A stretch of 58,244 nucleotides of DNA from Chiloscyllium plagiosum (lineage: Eukaryota): NCBI RefSeq assembly GCF_004010195.1, contig NC_057718.1:102840077-102898320 (forward strand), read 5' to 3'. The position numbers were made by a program, and so were the translations under genes. Under the pieces are notes generated by a model, which was not told the origin of the DNA, made no database searches, and saw only the letters and a program-made list of their open reading frames with translations. Shown here piece by piece: positions 35,944 to 48,365 of the stretch (positions are counted from its first letter, which is position 1; each line of letters opens with the position of its first letter).

Positions 35944-38293
35944 CTAGTCCCACCTGCCAGCACCTGGCCCATATCCCTCCAAACACTTCCTATTCATATA
36001 GCCATCCAAATACCTCTTAAATGTTGCAATTGTACCAGTCTCCACCACTTCCTCTAGCAGCTCATTCCATACATGTACCACGCTCTGTGTGGAAAAGTTG
36101 CCCCTTAGGTCTCTTTTATATCTTTCCCCTCTCACTCTAAACCTATGCCTTCTAGTTCTGGACTCCCCCACCAGGGAAAAGACTTTGCCTATTTACCCTA
36201 TCCATGCCCCTCATAATTTTGTAAACCTCTATAAGGTCACCCCTCAGTCTCCGATGCTCCAGGGAAAACAGCCCCAGCCCGTTCAGCCTCTCCCTATAGC
36301 TCAAATCCCCCAACCCTGGCAACATCCTTGTAAATCTTTTCTGAACCCTTTCAAGTTTCACAACATCTTTCCGATAGGAAGGAGATCAGAATTGCAACCA
36401 ATATTCCAACAGTGGCTTAACCGATGTCCTGTACACCCGCAACATGACCTCCCAACTCCTGTACTCAATACTCTGACCAATAAAAGAAACCATACCAAAC
36501 GCCTTCTTCACTATCCTGTCTACCTGCAACACCACTTTCAAGGAGCTATGAACCTGCACTCCAAGATCTCTTTGTTCAGCAACACTACCTCAGACCTTAC
36601 CATTAAGTCTATAAGTCCTGCTAAGATTTGCTTTCCCAAAAAGCAGCACCTCGCATTTATCTGAGTTAAACTCCATCTGCCACTTCTCAGCCCATTGGCC
36701 CATTTGGTCAAGATCCCATTGTAACCTGAGGTAACCCTCTTCGCTGTCTACTACACCTCCAATTTTGGTGTCATCTGAAAACTTACTAACTATACCTCTT
36801 ATGCTCACATCCAAATCATTTATGTAAATGACAAAAGGTAGTGGACCCAGCACCGATCCTTGTGGCACTCCATTGGTCACAGGCCTCCAGTCTGAAAAAC
36901 AACCCTCAACCACCACCCTCTGCCTTCTACCTTTGAACCAGTTCTGCATCCAAATGGCTAGTTCTCCCTATATTCTGTGAGATCTAACCTTGCTAACTAG
37001 TCTCCCATGGGGAACCTTGTCGAATGCCTTACTGAAGTCCATATAGATCACATCTACTGCTCTGCCCTCATCAATCCTCTTTGCTACTTCTTCAAAAAAC
37101 TCAATCTAGTTTGTGAAACATGATTTCCCACGCACAAAGCCATATTGACTATCCCGAATCAGTCCTTGCCTTTCCAAATACATGTGCATCCAGTCCCTCA
37201 GGATTCCCTCCAACAATGTGCTCACCACCAACATCAGGCTCATTGGTCTATAGTTCCTTGGCTTGTCCTTACCAACCTTCTTAAACAGTGGCACCCCATT
37301 AGCCAACCTCCAGTCTTCCAGCACCTCACTGTGACTATCGATGATACAAGTCACAGTGATCACTTCTGTAGCTTCCCACAGGGTTCAAAGGTGCACATGA
37401 TCAGGCTCTGGGGATTTATCCACCTTTAACCATTTCAAGACATCCAGCACTTCCTCCTCTGTAATCTGGACATTTTGCAAGGGGTCACCATTTATTTCCC
37501 TACAGTCTATATCTTCCATATCCTTCTCCATACATATGCTTCCTTCTTTTTCTTAACCAAACCCTCAATTTCTTTAGTCATCCAGCATTCCCTATTCCCA
37601 GCAGCCTTTCCTTTCACCCTGACAGGAATATACTGTCTCTGGACTCTCGTTATCTCATTTCTGAAAGCTTCCCATTTTCCAGCCGTCCCTTTACCCACGA
37701 ACATCTACCCCCAATCAGCTTTCGAAAGTTCTTGCCTAATACCGTCAAAATGGTCACTGGCCCCAAAGTGCTCCCCCACTGACACCTCAGTCACCTGCCC
37801 TGCCTCATTTCCCAAGAGTAGGTCAAATTTTGTACCTTCTCTAGTAGGTACATCCACATACTGAATCAGAAAATTTTCTTGCACACACTTAACAAATTCC
37901 TTTCCATCTAAACCCTTAACACTATGGCAGTCCCAGTCTATGTTTGGAAAGTTAAAATCCCCTTCCATAACCACCCTATTATCCTTACAGATAGCTGAGA
38001 TCTCCTTACAAGTTTGTTTCTCAATTTCCCTCTGACTATTAGGAGGTCTGTAATACAATCCCAATAAGGTGATCATCCCTTTCTTATTTCTCAGTTCCAC
38101 CCAAATAACTTCCCTGGATGTATTTCTGGGAATATCCTCCCTCAGCACAGCTGTAATGCTATCCCTTATCAAAAATGCCACTCCCCCTCCTCTCTTGCCT
38201 CCCTTTCTATCCTTCCTGTAGCATTTGTACCCTGGAACATTAAGCTGCCAGTCCTGCCCATCCCTGAGCCATGTTTCCGTAATTGCTATGATA
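35944..38293 (-). pseudogene. CR1 ORF2 (APE endonuclease plus RT), disrupted
   Basis: IAITETWL, GGGVAFLI, YYRPP, GDFNFPNIDW, SDH; NYRPMSL; GVPQGSVLGPL, KFSDDTK. Confidence 0.93.
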
Positions 38294-38397
38294 NNNNNNN
38301 NNNNNNNNNNNNNNNNNNNNNNNNNNNNNNNNNNNNNNNNNNNNNTCCTCAGCCGTGCATTCATCTGCTCTATCCTCCTATTCCTGCCCTCACTAGC

Positions 38398-39133
38398 TCA
38401 TAGCTCTGGGAGTAATCCAGATATTACTACTCTCGAGGATATCCTTTTTAAATTCCTGCCTAACTCTCTGTAATCTCCTTTCAGAATCTCAACCTTTTCC
38501 CTTCCAATATTGTTGGTTCCAATGTGGACAATGACCTCCTGCTGGCCCCTCTCCCCCGTGAGAACATTCTGCACCCTCTCTGAGACATCCTTGATCCTGG
38601 CACCAGGGAAACAACACACCATTCTGCTTTTTCTCTGCTGGCCACAGAAACGTCTGTCTGTACCTCGGACTAGAGAATGCCCTAAAACATTTGATCTCTT
38701 GGAATCCGACCTACCCCTCATTGCACTAGAGCCAGTCTCAATACCAGAAACTTGGCTGTTTGTGCTACTTTCCCCCGAGAATCCATCACCTCCTATATTT
38801 TCCAAAACAGCATACCTATTTAAAATGGGTAGATCCACAAAAGACTCCTGCACTAGCTGCCTACCTCTCTTACCCTTCCTGGAGTTAACCCATCTATGTG
38901 ATTGTATCTGAGACATTCCCCCCTTCCTATAACTGCCAGCCATCACATTATAGCCTTCCTATAACTGCCAGCAAATTCCTCATTGCTTCTATCTGTCTCT
39001 CCAATCGATCCACTCGATCTGATAAGATTCGTAACCAACAGCATTTATGGCAGATATAGTCCGCAGTAACCCTTAAACTCTCTTTAAACTCCCACATCTG
39101 ACGAGAAGCGCATATCACTCTACTAAAGGCCAT
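38398..39133 (-). pseudogene. CR1 ORF1 (zinc finger / leucine zipper plus SGNH esterase), disrupted
   Basis: VICASRQMWE..YICHKCCWLRILSDRVDRLERQIEAM; VLGHSLVRGTDRRF (decayed GDS motif), CFPGARIKDV, VHIGTNNI. Confidence 0.9.
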
Positions 39134-40767
39134 TTTTGCTCCTTCAAAATCTCCAGACCCAGAAAATAACAGCGTCTTATTACTCTACAAAACACTGCCC
39201 CAGGTTAGATTAATAGTTATGGCTTATATTTTAAGTTTAATCAAGAGACATATCTCCAAAAACATATCAAGAAAGAACCCACTCTACTCACTACTGCAGA
39301 TTCTCTGTAGGCCACACTTAAAACAACAATTAACTTATCTGATTCTGTGCTGTGAACATTTGCCCAACAGTTCCTCCAAGATTAATTGTGAATTTCACTG
39401 TTTGTTAATTTTCCCAGATGCACTCCGAGGTCCAGCGATACATGAATTCAAACATCAAAGGCAGTAACTGTGCAGGTTCTCTCTCACTCTCTCTCTCTCT
39501 CTCTCTTCTGCACTGTCCTCACCATGTGCTTCCTTTGTCTGTTCTTCTCCCTTTTAAAACTGCTGTTGTTTTGATTTTTTGTTTCCAAAGTTCCAAAACA
39601 ATGCAACAGCATATAAAACAGTAATTGCTGCTCCTGGGATTCGAGGAAATCACCTTCAACACCTAAAATACCTCAAAAAAAGGAGCAGCTGTTACAGCCA
39701 AGTGAACCAGACGTTTTTTTTAAATTAAACTGTCACGACCCCAATTACTAAGATGAGTTTTAAAATTCCAGTTTTTATAATGCCAATTTTTAAGATTGCA
39801 ACTGAAGTTGCACCAGCCACAATGGTGAGATTTAAACTGTGTTTCCCAAAGAGCTTAGAGTGTAGGTTAGTCTGTTAGCATTCCCACTGCATCATGAATC
39901 TCACCTTTAACAATCGCTGGGGAAGAGAGTGAATGCTGAGATAAGTTAGCCGTTAGCAACTCTTAACTGTGTGATGTCGTCCCCATTCTGTGCTAGTTAT
40001 TATCCCGGCTTTCAAATATCCTCTCTCAGCCTCATACAGAGAACAGCATCAGGTCATTGCAAGTGGTTTTCTTGCTGTGGTGCCTTATGACTGTCACTTC
40101 TGTGTCCTTGTTTCCAGATCATTGGCCCAAAGTCTACATCAGTGATCATTTCGAACAAAAGGATGGACTGAATCTTAAAAACAAACTTATATTCCATTCC
40201 CTGAGCCTTCTTTAATCCTTTATTAAAATTTATTTAAGAAAGCATGGCATAGCCATTCCTGAAGTATGATAATACACAGTGCAAATCACTTTTCTTGTAG
40301 CAATAAATATGCCTGTAAGCACACTTGGTGAGTTAGACTGTAACTTTAGTGACTCAATGAGAAATATTTGGAGGTTAACTGTCAAATATTGGATGAATAA
40401 AACAAATGGGCCTACAATTCAATGTAATCATTATTTTGACCATTTTTAAGAAATGTTCCATTACCATTCCCCAGGCACTGAGGTCTTTGGAGCTGCCTCT
40501 TACACAGAGCACTAATTTAAGCATCGCAATAAGTCATGCAATTACTTTGGAATGGAGATTCTAGGGTTGGCCAGCTGACGGTCAAAGAAAATAAATGTTA
40601 ATAAGTGAGAGGGCTATGGGGAAAGGCAGGGGGAGGAGCATCATCAAAGAGCCAGCAGTGGCATAATGGGTAAAGGCCTCCTTCCATGCTTCAGGATTCT
40701 AGGTGACTTTGACATTGCGTTTAAGAATTCTTGTGATGTGTGATTCTTACCTGTAGTACCTTGGTCT

Positions 40768-40847
40768 ACAGGTGAAGGGGCAGCGCTCTGAAAGCTTGTG
40801 ATTTCAAATAAACCTGTTGGACCTGGTATCATGTGACTTCTGACTTT
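40768..40847 (+). mobile_element. Penelope-like pLTR fragment (AGCT-palindrome family)
   Basis: tgaaggggcagcgctctgaaagcttgtgatttcaaataaacctgttggac, related to 56719-56800. Confidence 0.65.
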
Positions 40848-42043
40848 GCGAAGGGTGGCGTTTGAGGTGCAAGGGCAAGGGGCAGGTTTGGTGATGAAAC
40901 CATGTCAGTTTGTATAACATTATCAGTTCATGCCTCCTTATTCTATTTTTAGTCTTAAGGTGTTAGAACAAAGAATAAAGAACTGTGCAGAACAGGAACA
41001 GACCCGTCAGCACCAAGACTGCACTAATGTATGATGCTTTTCTAAACGAAAAACCTTTTAACATAACATAAAGCATAACATAGAACAGCACAGGCCCTTC
41101 AGCCCTCGATGTTGTACTGGCCTTTTATCCTATTCTAAGATCAGAAAAACCATATATCCATCATTGTACTATCTTCCATGTGTCTATCCAGGAATCTCTT
41201 AAATGTCTCGAATGTATCTGACTCCACTACCACCACTGGTATTCCACCCACCCACCACACTCTGTGTAAAGAATCTACCTCTGACATCTCCCCTAAACCT
41301 TCCTCCAATCACCTTAACATTATGCCCCCTCATGATAGCCATTTCTGGGAAAAGGTCTCTGGTTATCCACTCTATCTATGCCTCTCCACATCTTATACAC
41401 CTCTATCAAGTCACCTCTTATCCTTCTTCACTCCAATGAGAAAAGCCCTCGTCCCCTCAACCTTTCTTCATGAGACATGCTCTCCAGTCCTGGTAAATCT
41501 CGAAAGCTTCCATATCCTTGCTATAAAGAGGTGACCAGAACTGGACACAACATTCCAAGTGTCGTCTAACCAAGGCTCGGTAGAGCTGCAGCATAACCTT
41601 GTGGCACTTAAACTCAATCCCCCTGTTAATGAAAGCCAACACATCATATGCCATCTTAATAACCCTATCAACTAAGGTGGCAACTTTAAGGGATCTATGG
41701 GCATGGACCCCAAATTCCTTCTGCCCTTCCACACTGCCAAGAATCCTGTCTTTAACCTTGTATTCTGCATTTGAATTTGAAATTCCAAAGTGAATGACTT
41801 CATACTTTTCCAGGTTGAACTCCATCTGCCACTCTTCAGCCCAGTTCTGCATCCTGTCAATGTCCCATCAGCAAACTTACTAACCCACCCTTCCACTTCC
41901 TCATCCAAGCCATTTACAAAAATCACAAAGAACAGAGGTCCCAGAACAGATCCCTGCGGAACACCACTGGTCTCCGAGCTCCAGGCTGAATACTTTCCAT
42001 CTGTTACCACCCTCTGTATTCTATGGGCCAGCCAATTCTGTAT

Positions 42044-42286
42044 CCAGATTCTGGATCAGTGGTGCTGGAAGAGCACAGCAATTCAGGCAGCATCCGACGA
42101 GCAGCAAAATCGACGTTTCGGGCAAAAGTCCCTCTCCCACTGCACCACGCCTTTATTCCTGATGAAGGGCTTTTGCCCGAAACGTCGATTTTGCTGCTCG
42201 TCGGATGCTGCCTGAATTGCTGTGCTCTTCCAGCACCACTGATCCAGAATCTGGTTTCCAGCATCTGCAGTCATTGTTTTTACCTC
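42044..42286 (+). mobile_element. Young Penelope-like insertion: pLTR plus inverted partial copy, with target duplication
   Basis: Perfect 85-bp inverted repeat 42044-42128 / 42170-42254; caattctgtatccaga duplicated at 42033-42048 and 42286-42301. Confidence 0.9.
42155..42190 (+). ncRNA. Minimal hammerhead ribozyme motif with intact core
   Basis: attc-CTGATGA-A-GGGC-tttt-GCCC-GAA-ACGT-C-gatt: core CUGAUGA/GAAA, 4-bp stem II, palindromic ACGU in place of stem III, GUC triplet. Confidence 0.65.
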
Positions 42287-44857
42287 AATTCTGTATCCAG
42301 ACAGCCAGATTTCCCTGTATCCCATGCCTCCTTATTTTCTGAATGAGCCTACCATGGGGAACCTTATCAAACACCTTGCTAACATCCACTGCTCTACCTT
42401 CATCAATGTGTTTTGTCACATCCTCAAAGAATTCAATAAGGTTTGTGAGGCATGACCTGCCTCTCTCCAAGCCGTGCTCACTATGTGTAATTAAACTATG
42501 GTTTTCCAAGTAATCATAAATCCTGTGTCTCAGAATCCTCTCCAAAACTTTGTCCACCACAGAAGTAAGACTGACTGGTCTGTAATTCTCAGGATTATCC
42601 CTATTTCATTTCTTGAACAAGAGAATTACATTTGCCACCCTCCAATCATTTTGCACTACTCTAGCGGACAGTGAGGAGGCAGGATCATCGCCAAAGGCGC
42701 TGCAATCTCTTCCCTCGCTTCCTGTATAGCCTAGGGTATATCCTGTCTGGCCCAGGGGATTTATCTATCCTTAAGTTTTTCAACATTTTCAGCACATCCT
42801 CCTTCCTAACATCAACATGTTCGAGCATATTAGTCTGTTTCATGCTGTCCTCAGAAATATCAAGCCGCTCACGAGTGAATACTGAAGCAAACTATTCATT
42901 AAGGACCTCCCCTACCTCATCGAACTCCAGGCACAGGTTCCCTCTGCTATCCCTAATCCGCCCTACTCTCTCTTTGGCCATCCTCTTGTTCCTCACATAC
43001 ATGTAGAGCGCCTTCGGGGTTTCCTTAATTCTACTATGCCCCCTTCTAGCTCTCCCAAGTCCATTCTTCATTTCTTTCCTGATTATCTTGTAATCCTCCA
43101 GTAAGCTTAAGTAAGCTTCCTTCTTCCTTTTGACTAGATGTTCCACATCTCTTGTTGCCCAAAGTTCCTTCACCTTACCATCCCCCTCCTTGCTCAGTGG
43201 TACAGCCCTATCCAGCACGATCAGCGAGGGCTCCCAAAACAGCCTCCACAGCTCTGTCATGCATTTCCCTGAGAACATCTGTTCCCAATTTAGGCGCCCA
43301 GTTCCTGCCTAATAGAATTGTAGCTTCCCCTCCCCAAGTTAGATATTTTCCCATACCGTCTACTCCTATCTCTCTCCACGAGTATAGTAAAGGTCAGGGA
43401 GTTGTGATCACTATCACTGAAATGATCTTCCACTGAGAGATCAGATACCTGACCTGGTTCGTTGCCAAGCGCCAAATAAAATATGGCCTCCCCTCTAGTT
43501 GGCCTATCGACATATTGGGTCAGTAACCCTTCCTGGACACGCCTGACAAAAACTGCTCTATCGAACTATTTGAACTAAGTAGGTTCCAATCAATACAGTA
43601 TTAGGGAAGTTAAAGTCACCCATGACATCAACCCTGTTACTTCTGCACCTTTCCAAAGTCTGCCTCCCAATCAGCTCCTCCGTGTCTCTGTTGCTTTGGG
43701 GGGCCTGTAGAAAACTCCCAATAAAGTGTCTGCTCCTTTCCTGTTTCTGACTTCCACCCATACTGACTGTGTAAATAAACCTTCTTCGACGACCTCCATT
43801 TCTACAGCTGTGATACTATCCCTGATTAACAATGCCACTCCCCCAGCTCTTTTACCTCTCCTATTCCTTTTGAAACATCTAAACTCTGGAACATCCAACA
43901 ACCATTCCTGCCCCTGTGATATCCAAGACTCTGTAATGGCCACAACATCATCGTTCCAAGTACTGATCCATGCTCGGAGTTCAAAACTCTTATTCTGAAT
44001 AAATTTTGCATTAAAATAGACCCACTTCAACCCATCATACTGACTTCACCTTTGCCCTATCAAGTGCCTATCTCTTCTCACAGACTCTCTGCACGCTTTG
44101 CCTGGCTGTGCATTACCTACTCCGTTCTCTGATCCATAGATCTGATTCCCACAAACCTCTGCCAATCTAGTTTAAACCCTCCCGAAGAGTTCTAGCAAAC
44201 CTCCCACCCAGGATATTGGTGCCCCTCCAGTTCAGATACAACCTGTCCTTCTTGTACAGATCCCACCTTCCCCAGTGATCCACATATCTGAAGCCCTCCC
44301 TCCTACACCAACCCTGCAGCCACATGTTCATCTGCACACGCTCTCTGTTCCTATCCTCACTGGCATGTGGCACTGGTAGCAATCCTGAGATTACTACTCT
44401 GATCGTCCTGCCTTCTACTTTCCAACCTAACTCCCTATATTCACATTTCAGGCCCTCCTCCCTTTCCCTACCAATGTCATTTGTACCGATGTGTACCACA
44501 GCTTCTGGCTCTCTCCCTTCCCCTTAAGAATTCTGTAGACCCAATCCGAGACATCTCCGACCCTGGCACCCAGGAGGCAACACACCATCTGGAGTCTCGC
44601 TCGCGGCCACAGGATCTCCTGTCTGATCCTCTCACGATTGAATCTCCTTTCACTATCACTCTCCTATTCTTCCCCCCTTCCCTTCTGAGCCACTGACCCA
44701 TGCTCAGTGCCAGAAACCTGGCCACTTGGCTTTCCCCAGGTAGGTCATCCCCTCAACAGTATCCAAAACAGGATACTTATTCTTGAGGGAAACTACCAGG
44801 GGGTTTCCTGCACTGTCTGCCTATTCCCTTGCCCTTTCTTGACAGTCACCCACCTAC

Positions 44858-44952
44858 GCTGAAAATGTGTTGCTGGAAAAGTGCAGCAGGTCAGGCAGTA
44901 TCCAAGGAACAGGAGAATCGATGTTTCGGGCATAAGCCCTTCTTCAGGAATG
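44858..44952 (-). mobile_element. Penelope-like pLTR fragment with hammerhead motif, inserted in CR1 ORF1
   Basis: agtcaccca(c/t)ctac duplicated at 44844-44857 and 44953-44966; minus strand attc-CTGAAGA-A-GGGC-ttat-GCCC-GAA-ACAT-C-gatt. Confidence 0.85.
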
Positions 44953-45095
44953 AGTCACCCATCTACCTTTATCTTGTACGTTAGGTGTGAATATCTCCCT
45001 ATAACCCCATTCTACCAACCCCCTCAACCTCTTGAATGATCCAAAGTTTATCCAGTCCCAGCTCCAGTTTCCTAATGTGGTCTGTGAGGAGCGCT

Positions 45096-46687
45096 GTCCT
45101 CTCCACTATCATATCCCTCTTTCCTTGACTATTCATGCATTTGTTAAGATGCCTCTAAAACATTGCTATTGCATCCACCTCCACCACCTCCTCTGGCAGT
45201 GAATTCCAAGCACTTACCACCTTCTGTGTAAAAAACTGACCTCTCACATCTACTTTAAACTTACTCCTTTTTACCTTAAACCTATGTCCCCTCATTGTTG
45301 AAATGTCCACCTGCGGAGAAAGACTTGGACTATCTATTCTATCCGCGTCTCCCACAATTTTGTAAACTTGTATCAGGTCACCCCTCAGCCTCTGATGTTC
45401 AAGTGAAAACAAACCAAGTTCATCTAATCTCTCCTCACAGCTAATACTCTCTAAACCAGGCAACCTCCTGGTAAACTGTTTCTGTACCGTTTCCAAAGCC
45501 TCCACATCCTTCTGGGGGAGTGGCAACCAGAACTATACACAGCATTCCAAATGTGGCCTAATTAAAGTTGTACAGAGTTGCAACATGACTTGCCAACTTT
45601 TATGCTCAATACCCTCACTGATGAAGACAACATGCCTTATGCCTTCCTAATAACCTTATCCACTTGTGTTGCCAATTTCAGGGAACTGTGGACCCATATA
45701 CCCAGATCCCTCTGTATATTGATGCTACTAAGAGTTATAGAGTCAGAGTCATAGAGATATACAGCGTGGAAATAGACCCTTCGGTCCAACCCGTCCATGC
45801 CGACTAGATATCCCAACCCAATCTAGTCCCACCTGCCAGCACCCGGCCCATATCCCTCCAACCCCTTCCTATTTATATACCCATCCAAATGCCTCTTTTG
45901 CTGTATATTTTCCTCCTGCATTAGATTTCCCAAACTGCATCACCTCGTATTTGTCCGGATTAAACTCCATCTGCTATTTCTCCACCCAAGCCCCCAGTCT
46001 ATCATATCCTGCTGTATCCTTTGGCAATCCTCCTCACTATCTGCAGCTCCCACAATCTTTGTGCTGTCTGCAACTCTACTAATCAGGCCACCTACATTCA
46101 TCTCTAGATCACTTATATATGTGTATATTACAAACAACGGGGGTCCCAGCATTGATCCCTGCAGAACACCACTGGTCTCAGAGCTCCAGTCGGAAAAATA
46201 GCCTTCCTCCGCTACTCTCAGTCTTCTATGAATAAACCAGTTCTGTATCCATCTTACCAGCTCTCTGTGGATCCCATGTGACTTCTCCTTCCATATCAGC
46301 CTTCCATGAGAGATGTCAAAGACCTGGCTAAGTAGACAACATCTACTTCCTGCCCTCATCAATCATCTTTGTCACTTCCTCAAAAAACTCAATCAAGTCT
46401 GTGAGACGTGATCTCCCCATCACAAAGCCATGCTCCCCATAGCTAATAAGTCTGTAATTTTCCAGAAATGAGGAAATCCTGTCCCCGATATTTTTCTACC
46501 ACTGACATAAGGCTTGGGGGCCTGTAATTTCCCCATTCTCCTAGTTGCCCTTCTGAAACAAAGGAACAACATTGGCTATTCTCCAGTCCTCTCCTGTGAC
46601 AAAAGAGGTCACAGAGATTTCATACAAGGCCCCAACAATTTCCTCACCTGCCTCCCTCAGCATTCTGGGATAGATCCTATCAGGCCC
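45096..46687 (-). mobile_element. CR1 LINE 3' 1.5 kb with a HER1 tail fragment inserted at about 45735-45896
   Basis: KDVEALETVQKQFTRRLPGLE..RLRGDLIQVYKI; SGVLQGSMLGPPLFVIY..ADSTK. Confidence 0.9.
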
Positions 46688-47044
46688 TTTTTTAATATTC
46701 ACATGTGAGACATGGACATCAGTGACTGGTCAGCATTTATTGCCCTTGAACGGAGAGGCTCATGAGGTCATTTCAGAAGGCAGTTCAGAGTCAGTCACAT
46801 CGCTGTGGGTCTGGAGTCACATGTAGGCCAGACCAGCTGAGGATGGCAGATTTCCTAGTGAACCAGATAGATTTCCCCCAATAGTTTTATGTCTATCAGT
46901 AGATGCTTAATTCCAGATTTTGTTTTTTAATTGAATTCAAATTCCACCATCTGCCATGGCAGGAGTTGAATCCGGGTCCCTAGAACAGTAGCTGAGTTTC
47001 TGGATAAATAGCCTGGTGATAATACCACTCGGCCATTGTCTCCC
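46688..47044 (-). mobile_element. tRNA-derived SINE, family B
   Basis: Minus-strand head gggagacaatggccgagtggtatt..gacccggattcaactcc, then body and tail as in 19698-19988. Confidence 0.85.
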
Positions 47045-47524
47045 CTGATTTCCCAGTCTGTCCCTCTTCCTACTCTAGCAGATGGTTTGGATCCTCTGTG
47101 GTTTGCCCATACGTCTGGGATTGAAATCACCAGGGGCTCCTTAAGAAGACATTAATTGTCTCTTTGCCATGTTTGGGTCACTCTCAGCTACCAGCACATC
47201 CTGAAAAAAGCAGCAGGGGTGTGTCAGTGTTGGAGGGCCCACTCTCAGGAGCTGTTTCTGACTTGGTTCTCTACTGTCAGTGATCAAAATGCCAGTCCAC
47301 CAATCAAATCGCAGGTCAATTCCTGTCCCACAATACTTTGCTATTTCGATTTTGTTCACGCAAGATTTCCATCCTGAGATTAACTCATACAACCGACAAT
47401 TGGAATCAAAGTTACTTCACAACTCAATTATCAAACACATTGAGACTCTAAGACACTTGGGGAGAAATGGCTAAAGCCTTGATCCCAGATAAAGATTTTA
47501 AGGACTGATATAAAGCAGGAAAGG

Positions 47525-47980
47525 GAGATTCACCTCCTGACTTAAAGTCTTTCCACCAGCTACAAGACACAAGTCAGATGAAATGTTTCCCACTTGCCTG
47601 GATGGGGGCAGCTCCAACAACACTCAAGAAGCTCGACACCATCCAGGAGAAAGCAGCCCCCTTGATTGGCATAATTACCACGTTCGACCTTCAACTGACA
47701 CACAATGACATCAGAGTGTATTGTTTATAAAATGGGTTCATGCGTCACAGTGGTAGTGTGCCTATCTCTGAATCAGGATGCCTGGTTAGACATATAGCTA
47801 CCATCTACAAAACGCTATGTAACAACTCACCAAGGCACCTTCAACCTCACCTTCCAAACGTGTGACCTCTAACATTGATGTAGACATAGGTGGCAGATAC
47901 ATGGAACCACCTCTACATTCCCCACCAAGCCACTCACCATCCTGACTTGGAAACATGTCATTGTTGCTGGGTCAATAGCT
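47525..47980 (+). mobile_element. CR1-group LINE fragment, family D, with a short family C SINE piece at about 47733-47795
   Basis: cttgcctggatgggggcagctccaacaacactcaagaagctcgacaccatccagg is the reverse complement of the 21540-21600 pattern. Confidence 0.8.
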
Positions 47981-47994
47981 CACCATCATCATTT

Positions 47995-48365
47995 CCAACG
48001 CTTGCTCCGAAATGGCGGAGGAGCCCCAGGTGGGACAGAGGAAATACCCACAAGGCCTCACTGGGGAAGTGCAGCATTCCCACAGACACCTGGGAATCAC
48101 CGGCCCAAGACCATCCAACGTGGAGGACGGGCATCCAGGAAGGCCTTGAGCACCTCGAGACTCACCGTGGGAAAAAGCAGAAGCCGGGCGGAAACTGGGA
48201 AAGGAGGGTGCTGTCACACCGTCACCACACCCACCCCTTCTGCCCCACCTTCTGTAACAGAGCCTGCAGTAGGCTAATGCCGGTGGGGGGGGTCTGTATA
48301 CAACCACCTACAGACACACCCAAAGAGTGGGAGAGAGTCACCCTCGTCTATTAGAGACCGCCAAT
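47995..48365 (+). mobile_element. RTE-clade LINE 3' fragment
   Basis: KASLGKCSIPTDTWESPAQDHPTWRTGIQEG followed by a decayed CPT.C.RAC zinc-finger-like tail. Confidence 0.75.

Larger units (their letters stand above)
35860..39700 (-). mobile_element. Near full-length HER1-type CR1 LINE (5' UTR, ORF1, ORF2 with deletions, 3' tail)
   Basis: ORF1 38398-39133, ORF2 pieces 35944-38293, tail gtcatagagtgatagag; 52-N gap at 38294-38345. Confidence 0.95.
41060..45095 (-). mobile_element. Near full-length CR1 LINE (second subfamily) with two Penelope insertions
   Basis: ORF1 esterase KGDSIVRGSDRR / VHIGTNDIG / ISGLLPVP / LNWRG (44167-44725); endonuclease WVYFNAKFI..VAITESW..GGVALLI..YRPP (43671-44030); RT SGVPQGSVLGPL..KFAD (41672-42010). 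Confidence 0.95.

Noticed and set aside
42044..42254. pre-miRNA or MITE
   Set aside because: Arms are Penelope pLTR sequence, the element extends asymmetrically beyond the right arm, and the flanking duplication is 16 bp rather than TA/TTAA-type
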